DNA of 64,000 nucleotides from a virus (lineage: Duplodnaviria > Caudoviricetes): IMG/VR virus record IMGVR_UViG_3300029288_004207, positions 16,563 to 80,562 of that record. One strand, given 5' to 3'. Each line of letters begins with the position of its first letter. The stretch's first letter is position 1. The notes beneath the pieces are model-generated. The model saw only the letters and a list, made by a program, of their open reading frames with translations, was not told the DNA's origin and did no database searches. This document shows, one piece after another, positions 1-6,605 of the stretch. The translations under genes were made by a program, and so were the position numbers.

Positions 1-1
1 A

Positions 2-181
2 CCGTTCTTGAATAAATTGGATAGTAAGGATATAAATGATGGCAAAGATATCGTTGAGTTGTTAAAAGAATCAGATGAAAATAACGTAATGGGTTCGGTA
101 CTAGGTTTGTTATTTCTAGTTGTAGGGACTCATTTGTCGCCGTTTATAAATGAGTCAATAAAAGAAGTAGCAAAGAAATGA
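2..181 (+). CDS. 3' part of a CDS entering from outside the window, with a hydrophobic segment
   Basis: Open frame from position 2 to TGA 179-181, overlapping the ATG at 178 (ATGA coupling). Confidence 0.55.
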   Translation, partial: PFLNKLDSKDINDGKDIVELLKESDENNVMGSVLGLLFLVVGTHLSPFINESIKEVAKK

Positions 182-783
182 AAATATTAGGTTATCATAT
201 TCAAGATAATATAATCATCAATTCAGATGGTGAATATCGTAATAAAAGTCCCTATATTAGTTTCTTGATGGATAAAAAGCCTGATACAATAAGGATTTTT
301 GGTAATCTTTATCAGTCTGTGTTAGATTTATCAAGATTATTGAATTGGGGGGATAATCTTTTAAAAGAATTGCTGGCAACCTCAAAGATAAAATTTACCC
401 CATATAAAATAGCATATAAACAAGACAGTTTTTTAAGTATCAAGAGGTCTAATTATTTAAGTAAAATGAAATCAAAACTAACTTATTATGGAGATTTATC
501 AAAATATATTATCTTAGATGCTGATACGCCATTGAAAAATGCTATATATGTCAAAGATTGCGGTCAACAGGTATATGATATGTTAGTAGAACTTGGCATG
601 AATCCTATAAATTTAGTTAATCCATTTAAGCAGTATGTTAAAAATAAAATTTTAATAGAAGATTATCATTCGTTGGAATGGCATTTAGAAAAAATGGAAC
701 AAGAATATAATAAAGCATCTGATGTAAAGAAGTTGGTTATAAATCAGATAATGGAAGGTTTGAAAGGTGAAACATCAAAGTAA
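178..783 (+). CDS. stand-alone paralog of the N-terminal (degenerate exonuclease) region of the PolB at 58235-59866
   Basis: Collinear similarity by eye: IIINSDGE/ITITNSNGN, IRIFGNLYQSVLDLSRLL/LKFFWNLDESLAPIFKLM, IAYKQDSFLSIK/LYYRRGKNMIIK, VYDMLVELGMNPINLVNPFKQY/LLKALENIGITTPMTLNSAIGIY. Confidence 0.6.
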   Translation: MKILGYHIQDNIIINSDGEYRNKSPYISFLMDKKPDTIRIFGNLYQSVLDLSRLLNWGDNLLKELLATSKIKFTPYKIAYKQDSFLSIKRSNYLSKMKSKLTYYGDLSKYIILDADTPLKNAIYVKDCGQQVYDMLVELGMNPINLVNPFKQYVKNKILIEDYHSLEWHLEKMEQEYNKASDVKKLVINQIMEGLKGETSK

Positions 784-955
784 ACGTTTTGGACTATACT
801 ATCTAACATTTCTTTTTCTGGTAACTTTAAGTATTATCGGGTTTTTCTTGACATTTGCCTTAAGTTGCCCTTATTATCTTATCCCTATAGGATTATTGAT
901 AATCTTTATTATTTTAGGTTTTAATAAAAAGGTTGATAAGTGGCTGAAAAGGTAG
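767..955 (+). CDS. small two-TM membrane protein
   Basis: 62 aa, two hydrophobic stretches, basic ends, coupled to the upstream ORF. Confidence 0.6.
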   Translation: MKHQSKRFGLYYLTFLFLVTLSIIGFFLTFALSCPYYLIPIGLLIIFIILGFNKKVDKWLKR

Positions 956-958
956 AGT

Positions 959-1126
959 ATGAGAAATGATGAGTTAAAACACAAACGAGTGCAAGGTATA
1001 CCTATAATCAAACATGGTGCGCCCCAGCCTGGAATAACCAAAAAGGAGTTTATGGATGTTTTGGCTAGGGCTGTTCCACCTGTTTCACACGAACCGGAAT
1101 CTGATTCAGAAAGTTCGCAAACATAG
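959..1126 (+). CDS. 55-aa ORF convergent with and overlapping the 3' end of the IS1595 transposase
   Basis: Not in the ORF track. KKEFMDVLARAVPP...PESDSESSQT resembles the equivalent ORF 48794-48982 of the second IS1595 (EAEFESLLDKASQP...PDSKEAETS). Confidence 0.5.
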   Translation: MRNDELKHKRVQGIPIIKHGAPQPGITKKEFMDVLARAVPPVSHEPESDSESSQT

Positions 1127-1970
1127 GTGTCTCGCTCTTGCGATGATTATAGCGGAATGAATATTCGTTAACGTAGGATTGGAGATACTTAGGGGAAACA
1201 TTATGATACACACCACCGATACCACGCTTAACGAGCGACCAGAAACCCTCAATGGTGTTCGTGTGAACGATGCCACGAGAATACTCGTGTATGGAATGAT
1301 TCACTATTTGATGGTTATAACCGTTCTTGTTAAGCGGGTTGTATGCGCTCATTTCATCCGTGTAAACAGTGGTGTTAGGCTCTACGTTCTCTTTTACTTG
1401 GGGTATAATGGTTGCTTGGTCAGTATTAGGCACAACCACCGCTTTAACATCGCCCTTGCGTTCTACAGCCCCGAATACGGGCGTTTTGTCCGCCGTGCCA
1501 CGACCTGTGAGGTTGGCACGTTTGGAATCGTGCATGTTGATTGCCTTACCACCCATGTATGTCTCATCAAGTTCTACTTCACCGGAAAGCATTTTATTCT
1601 CGCCCAAGAGGGTACGAATCTGTTTGAACATACGCCATGCTGTTTTATAGGTAACTCCAAGTTCACGTTGAAGCTGTTTAGCAGATATGCCACAGCGAGT
1701 AGAGGACATGAGGTATATAGCGTAAAACCAAGAGCGCAAAGAGGTCTCGGACTTATGGAATATGCTGTTAGCCGTTGGGGATACATGGCTTCTGCAAAAC
1801 TTGCAGGTATATACTTTACGATTGGCTATTCTGTAATGTGTAGTTACCCTATCGCACTTCTGGCAGAATACGCCTTGCGGATAACGGAGTTTCAAGAGTA
1901 TATCAAGGCACTCATTATCGGTAGGAAATTGCTTGTTAAATTCTTTGATTGTAAACTTTGTAGTAGTCAT
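1065..1970 (-). mobile_element. IS1595-family (ISXO2-like DDE) transposase
   Basis: N-terminal Zn ribbon (CQKC..CKFC), VELDETYMGG, TDE, HTNTIEGFWS, YxNEYSFRYNHR. Start moved to ATG 1970 because of the AAGGAG RBS. Left IR not found. Confidence 0.92.
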
Positions 1971-1999
1971 ATTGCTCCTTTGGTTAATAAGTATGTTTA

Positions 2000-2029
2000 A
2001 TTGTAGCATTAATAAATACGTGTTGTCAA
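2000..2029 (-). promoter_or_regulatory. sigma70-type promoter of the transposase
   Basis: TTGACA-18-TACAAT on the minus strand; same position as the IR-embedded promoter of the second IS. Confidence 0.6.
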
Positions 2030-2070
2030 GGTATAGAATGATATTAATTATAAAGATTATATAAAGAATA

Positions 2071-2424
2071 ATGGAGGAAAATATGGTAAGAGAAAAGTTT
2101 GGTAATTATCCCCCCACTACACGTAAGGTGTATAATCCTCTTAATAAATTGGTTAGGAGGATTATAACATTTATGAAGAACTCTGTAATAGTATTACTAG
2201 TTGCTTCAATAGTAGGGTTAGGAATATACGTGCCAGAAGTAATAAGGGCTAATAGTATTAATATTACGAATATTATATTGATAATTGTTTTGTTGTTTAT
2301 TGCCGTTATGTGTGGTGTTGTTTTAGGTAAAACAGACCGTGAAGAAAAACAAAAAGAAAAAGCAAGAAACGCTAAATTAGATGCAATTATTAGTAAGTTA
2401 GGTATAACTGATAAAGATATATAG
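2071..2424 (+). CDS. two-TM membrane protein
   Basis: GGAGG RBS, two hydrophobic helices, charged C-terminus. Confidence 0.7.
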   Translation: MEENMVREKFGNYPPTTRKVYNPLNKLVRRIITFMKNSVIVLLVASIVGLGIYVPEVIRANSINITNIILIIVLLFIAVMCGVVLGKTDREEKQKEKARNAKLDAIISKLGITDKDI

Positions 2425-2548
2425 TAATACTCAAATATAGAATTTTAAGGTGACAATAGCGGATTATAGAGTAAGTTGTGGCATTGGTATAAAAGTTTTA
2501 CTGTTTCTTATCCGCATTGTAACATGGCGAAGGATATGGGGAGATGTT

Positions 2549-2668
2549 TTACCGATTGAATAGTTGGTCAATAGTGATGATTGTTGCCATGATAACTGTA
2601 GCGGTAACTAACAGTTCCATGTTGGTAACAATCAAGTAGGCGGTAGAAATAGCTATCAATACTTTCAT
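2549..2668 (-). CDS. 39-aa hydrophobic peptide, type I toxin-like
   Basis: GGAGGT-10nt-ATG; MKVLIAISTAYLIVTNMELLVTATVIMATIITIDQLFNR; flanked by an inverted repeat (2526-2541 / 2722-2736). Confidence 0.5.
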   Translation of the reverse strand: MKVLIAISTAYLIVTNMELLVTATVIMATIITIDQLFNR

Positions 2669-2758
2669 TGGCTAATAGACCTCCGGCTAATATTCAAGAA
2701 CAAGGTCAGCCAGTGAACAAGCCCCATATCCTCGCCTACCTTAGTACGGAGTTAAAAG

Positions 2759-2995
2759 ATGAATGATATACCGATAGAATTATTTATAGCTACAGTGATA
2801 ATAGGGTTATGTGCTTATTATTTTGTATATAAGTGGTATAAGACCAACAAACAACTTAAACAATGCCAAAAAGAATTAACGATGTTAAAATCTCAAAATG
2901 GTTTATCGTCAAATAGTTTCACCAAGCCCCATATTTCACCTAGTGATAAGACTACCACTAAAGTTGTTCCTAAGGGTGTTGGGAAAGACGTATAA
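2759..2995 (+). CDS. single-TM membrane protein with short coiled coil
   Basis: GGAG RBS, N-terminal TM helix. Confidence 0.6.
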   Translation: MNDIPIELFIATVIIGLCAYYFVYKWYKTNKQLKQCQKELTMLKSQNGLSSNSFTKPHISPSDKTTTKVVPKGVGKDV

Positions 2996-3125
2996 ATATA
3001 ATAATCAAAGCTGATAGATAGAATAATATAAACGAAACAGATAAAAGTCATCGCACCTAATTATAGTACTAAAGCGTGCTGTTAAGGGATAATTACCTTT
3101 CATAAAGGGGGTTGCGGAAGTAAAA

Positions 3126-3515
3126 ATGCAAACTAAGAAGTCTTTAATAATAATCTGTATTGTATTATTAGTAGTAATTACTGTTATAACCTCTCTATTT
3201 ACGACTGGAACTATTAGTTTACAAGTCGGGCAGTTAGAAAACAAAATATCAGCGCATGAAGCAGTTTTAGTAAACGATATTACTAATGTAAAAGAATCAG
3301 ACTTTCCTTTCTATGTATCTATCATGTATAGTACTACGAGCCAATCTTATACGCACCAGACTATACCAATAAAAATATCTAAAAATGGGGAGTTTGCGAT
3401 AAAACTTATTGGATTAACACCAGATACTACATACTATTATTATGTTAGAGTCATAAGGTCAGATTTTATTGTATTCGGTAATGAGGAAAAAAGTTTTACT
3501 ACGGCAAAGGAATAA
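3126..3515 (+). CDS. membrane-anchored/secreted protein with a fibronectin-III-like C-terminal motif
   Basis: Signal/TM segment; LIGLTPDTTYYYYVRV matches the FnIII LxPxTxYxxxV signature. Confidence 0.6.
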   Translation: MQTKKSLIIICIVLLVVITVITSLFTTGTISLQVGQLENKISAHEAVLVNDITNVKESDFPFYVSIMYSTTSQSYTHQTIPIKISKNGEFAIKLIGLTPDTTYYYYVRVIRSDFIVFGNEEKSFTTAKE

Positions 3516-3565
3516 TTAAAAACTAACTTAATTTAAGAGTTGCAAAATAAATATTACTAATTTAC

Positions 3566-3594
3566 TTGACAAAACAGTATCTTGACTTTATAAT
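3566..3594 (+). promoter_or_regulatory. perfect-consensus sigma70 promoter upstream of the basic peptide and coat gene
   Basis: TTGACA (3566-3571)-17-TATAAT (3589-3594). Confidence 0.85.
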
Positions 3595-3643
3595 ATACAG
3601 AAATGTACTTTATCTTGAAAAGTTATCGGGGGTCTGTTAATAT

Positions 3644-3751
3644 TTGAAAGCAAGACGTTCAGCCAAACAAAAAGCGGCTACCAAGAAAATGATTGCTGCC
3701 GCAAAACGTGCAAATCTCAAAGGTGGGAAAAATAAGCACGGTAAGGGCTAA
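3644..3751 (+). CDS. 35-aa highly basic peptide, putative DNA-condensing virion protein
   Basis: GGGGGT-10nt-TTG; (M)KARRSAKQKAATKKMIAAAKRANLKGGKNKHGKG; below the ORF-track cutoff. Confidence 0.6.
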   Translation: MKARRSAKQKAATKKMIAAAKRANLKGGKNKHGKG

Positions 3752-3851
3752 ATACCCTTAAAAGCACTTTAACAATTGCATATTCCTTTTTTGTAAATCT
3801 GCTTACATTCAAGCAATATAGCAGAAATAATGGTCGGAGGTCTTTGAATGA

Positions 3852-4490
3852 ATGCAGATGATTTTGGGTTGGCAAAACAGCCCCTTCATTCAGTGATGGA
3901 TGAAGCAAACCCATCTAAACGGGGGAAACCTGAAATGGCAATCCCGTACTAAGCAGAAAGAGAACCAATCTTTCGGGCATGTGTAACGACTTTACGGTGG
4001 GTATCTGTTTACAAGATAGATAAAGAGAAAGTCTGCTCTGCAACAAATTAACATCCCTTAATCTTCAGACTAAGTTGCAGTTAACACAAAGGTTAATTTT
4101 CGCAGCCATCTTCGTATATGTGGGCGTGAACCTGGAGCCTGGTCTTAACCAGACCGTAGCTACTATCACGACTCCGACATATTCCAGTGGCGTTGCCGGA
4201 CTCAACGGGGTAATCATGATTGTCTTTGCAGCCATAAGATATAAAATTGTGGCTTTGGGGAGTAATCTCCATTGTAAAACGCATCAAATTCGGGGAAGCC
4301 TAAACTCTTTTAAGAGCATGGTAATCGCCGAGCTAAGCAGGAAAGCTAATGCTTTCTGGGCATGTGGAGAGACTAGATGGTGCGCTTCCAATTTAAATTG
4401 GAAGATGGTATAGTCCGAACCTCATCTAAAGGTGAGTTGACATAACGGATAATCTTCGGAGTTGTCAAGCAAATGTCCGCCGCCGCCTAA
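3852..4490 (+). CDS. putative major coat protein, 67 aa, spliced from exons 3852-3869, 4093-4235 and 4448-4490
   Basis: Spliced product MQMILGLIFAAIFVYVGVNLEPGLNQTVATITTPTYSSGVAGLNGVIMIVFAAMIIFGVVKQMSAAA; two hydrophobic helices; GGAGGT RBS; strong promoter upstream and terminator downstream. Splicing is well supported, the coat function is inferred. Confidence 0.75.
3870..4092 (+). ncRNA. group I intron 1 (223 nt, ORF-less)
   Basis: P1 GGGU|UG with CAGCCC (U3869.G3880); P3 ACCCAUC 3909-3915 / GGUGGGU 3996-4002; P4 ACGGG/CCCGU; P7 GACUUU 3988-3993 / AAAGUC 4028-4033; P9 CUGCAAC/GUUGCAG; terminal G4092. Confidence 0.88.
4236..4447 (+). ncRNA. group I intron 2 (212 nt, ORF-less)
   Basis: P1 AGCCAU with GUGGCU (U4235.G4249); P3 CGCAUC 4280-4285 / GGUGCG 4379-4384; P7 GACUA 4371-4375 / UAGUC 4411-4415; P8 palindrome 4385-4404; P9 CUCAUC/GGUGAG; terminal G4447; removal restores the frame. 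Confidence 0.92.
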
Positions 4491-4516
4491 CAGAATACTT
4501 TCGCCTCAATAGAATT

Positions 4517-4556
4517 GGGGAGATACTTTAGAATTATTTTTGATATCTCCCCTTTT
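4517..4556 (+). terminator. intrinsic terminator after the coat gene
   Basis: GGGGAGATA...TATCTCCCC followed by TTTT. Confidence 0.65.
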
Positions 4557-4572
4557 CTTGTGCCAAAATCTA

Positions 4573-4601
4573 TTGACAAATAGACATAAGTATGATATAT
4601 T
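4573..4601 (+). promoter_or_regulatory. sigma70-type promoter
   Basis: TTGACA-17-TATATT. Confidence 0.65.
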
Positions 4602-4620
4602 ATATATGGAGGGAAGATAA

Positions 4621-4755
4621 ATGAAAGTAATGTTGATAAGAATAGATGAGAAAGACAAACAGTTATTGGAAATAGAGGCAAAAAAACTAGGTTTACCACT
4701 TACGGCTTATTGTCGCATGATATTATTAAAGAATTTACAGAAAGAGGATAAATAA
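4621..4755 (+). CDS. ribbon-helix-helix DNA-binding protein (44 aa)
   Basis: MKVMLIRIDEKDKQLLEIEAKKLGLPLTAYCRMILL: alternating beta strand plus two helices, typical RHH pattern; not in the ORF track. Confidence 0.75.
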   Translation: MKVMLIRIDEKDKQLLEIEAKKLGLPLTAYCRMILLKNLQKEDK

Positions 4756-5040
4756 ATGAAAACAATTCAACTAACAGATAATCAATATAAAGATTTACTT
4801 TGGTTTAAGAATTTCATGACTACTAAATTACGTGTTATAACAAATCAAGAAGTGATAAAAGTAATAGATGATTATCATTTGAATAAAGGAAAAACAGAGG
4901 GTGAATTTAAAAGAATACCTAAAGGCACAGATAGTAAAATGGATTACGAGCCAGAATATACATTTGGTCATTGTATACATGATATTATTGAATCCGTAAT
5001 GATAGAGCAGCAAACTGGGGAAGTAAATTATATTACTTAA
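4756..5040 (+). CDS. hypothetical protein, possible RHH-like N-terminus
   Basis: Coupled TAAATG start; MKTIQLTDNQYKDL. Confidence 0.6.
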   Translation: MKTIQLTDNQYKDLLWFKNFMTTKLRVITNQEVIKVIDDYHLNKGKTEGEFKRIPKGTDSKMDYEPEYTFGHCIHDIIESVMIEQQTGEVNYIT

Positions 5041-5050
5041 AAGATATTAA

Positions 5051-5908
5051 ATGGTGATAAGAAACGAATACGCTATCAATAAACAAAGGGAATCATTAAA
5101 GTTATTTTACCAAACAACTAAAGGTATTGCGTTTAAAAAACGATTAAGCGAACTTGCATCTAAAAATAAACCACATTTAGGGCATAATCATTCACCTGAA
5201 ACTATAGAAAAAATGCGTATCGCTAAATTAGGTAAAAAGATGTCGTTAGAAACTAGACAAAAAATGAGTGAAGCACAAATGGGAGAAAAACACCACATGT
5301 TTGGTAAACATTGTAGTCAAGAGGTTAAAAATAGAGTTAGTGATGGTTTAAGACGTTTATACCAAACTGCTAAAGGTAAAAAGATAAGGGAAATAGTTGA
5401 TAATGCTAATAAAGGCAATCATCATCATTTAGGTCATAAACATTCTGAAGAAGCATTAGAAAAAATGCGTAAGATAAAAACAGGTAAGGTGTTATCTGAA
5501 GAAACAAAAAATAAAATGCGTGAGTCACAAAAAGTTGTTTGGTCTAAGAGTATAGAATACAAAAACGAAAGAGTCGGTAATATAGTAAAAGGAAATAAAA
5601 ATACTAAATACCCTAATAAAAAAGAAACCATAATATTAAATATGTTGCAGGAATTACAACCCGACACTCGGTATTTTATAGGTGGTGGAGATGGATTAAA
5701 AGTCGGTGGTAAAATACCAGATATTTATAATGGTAAAGATAAACTTATAGAGCATTATGGTTATCACTGGCATCACAATCATAATCCGCAAGACCGCATT
5801 GACTTATTCGCTAAATATGGTTTTAAAACTTTAATTATTCAAGAGATGGATTTGATTAAACATCCAGATAAAGTAAGGGAACAATTGATAGCGTTTATAA
5901 ATAGTTAA
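5051..5908 (+). CDS. free-standing homing-type endonuclease: NUMOD3 repeats plus Vsr/DUF559-like (EDxHD-type) nuclease
   Basis: Repeated HLGHxHSxETxxKM motifs; C-terminal IPDI..KLIEHYGYHWH..GFKTLIIQE. Confidence 0.8.
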   Translation: MVIRNEYAINKQRESLKLFYQTTKGIAFKKRLSELASKNKPHLGHNHSPETIEKMRIAKLGKKMSLETRQKMSEAQMGEKHHMFGKHCSQEVKNRVSDGLRRLYQTAKGKKIREIVDNANKGNHHHLGHKHSEEALEKMRKIKTGKVLSEETKNKMRESQKVVWSKSIEYKNERVGNIVKGNKNTKYPNKKETIILNMLQELQPDTRYFIGGGDGLKVGGKIPDIYNGKDKLIEHYGYHWHHNHNPQDRIDLFAKYGFKTLIIQEMDLIKHPDKVREQLIAFINS

Positions 5909-5973
5909 AAAATAAGAGAAATAAACTTGTATTTTGGGGGAAAGCAATTTATAAAATACTAAAGGAAAGGGAT

Positions 5974-6201
5974 ATGACAAGAAAAATTCAAAGATTACTA
6001 GATAAAATAGCCAAGAGAGTTAAAGAGAATGAAAATAAACATGTCTGTGGTTCTCAAGGTTATGGATACGGATTAAATGATAGTTGCCCTGCATGTGAAA
6101 AACAAAATAAATATCATAAGATAATAAGGGTTGATGAAGATGTTAAAATGCCATCGTTATATGGTAGACATGGTATTAAAGAGAAACCAACGATAAGATA
6201 G
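5974..6201 (+). CDS. hypothetical protein with Cys/His motif
   Basis: AAGGAAAGG RBS; HVCG..CPAC. Confidence 0.55.
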   Translation: MTRKIQRLLDKIAKRVKENENKHVCGSQGYGYGLNDSCPACEKQNKYHKIIRVDEDVKMPSLYGRHGIKEKPTIR

Positions 6202-6232
6202 ATATAACGTCAAAATAAATATCTAAAACCCA

Positions 6233-6262
6233 TTGACTTTTACCATTACATAGCATTATAAT
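6233..6262 (+). promoter_or_regulatory. sigma70-type promoter
   Basis: TTGACT-18-TATAAT. Confidence 0.7.
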
Positions 6263-6273
6263 ATAAGTAATTG

Positions 6274-6315
6274 AGGCGAACTATCGTACCGAAATGGTGC
6301 GTGTTCGCCTTTTTT
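6274..6315 (+). terminator. hairpin plus U-tract directly after the promoter (leader terminator or small RNA)
   Basis: AGGCGAAC...GTTCGCCT TTTTT with an inner CGTACC/GGTGCG stem. Confidence 0.65.
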
Positions 6316-6343
6316 ATTAGTTAAAAATAGCAGGGAAAGATAA

Positions 6344-6478
6344 ATGAATTGTCCGAAATGTGGTCATAAAGCTATAAAGAATGGTACTCGCCAGATACGA
6401 CGTAAGGGAGTTAATGGTAAGAGGCAAAGTTATTTATGCACTTCTCCTAAATGCTGGTATCAGTGGGAAACAAGATAA
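6344..6478 (+). CDS. InsA-like Zn-ribbon protein (44 aa)
   Basis: MNCPKCGHKAIKNG...KRQSYLCTSPKC; not in the ORF track. Confidence 0.75.
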   Translation: MNCPKCGHKAIKNGTRQIRRKGVNGKRQSYLCTSPKCWYQWETR

Positions 6479-6605
6479 GCAAGTTACCCATTATATATAG
6501 GGGGATAAAAAAATGGGTAGAACTAGTCAGGCAGTATTATAAATCTTCGCTCGGAATATAGCCGTTAGTTGACAAATATAGCCAGAGTGTCTAAGGTTAA
6601 AGAAC

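Noticed and set aside
1179-2000. 273-aa plus-strand ORF
   Set aside because: Antisense shadow of the IS1595 transposase with no motifs.
3848-3870. Alternative start MNADDFGL with splicing after T3870
   Set aside because: P1 gives a U.G pair only at U3869; with that site only ATG 3852 yields an open spliced frame.
4075-4413. 112-aa ORF-track protein as the real gene
   Set aside because: It starts inside intron 1 without an RBS and runs into intron 2; only its middle 47 codons are exon.
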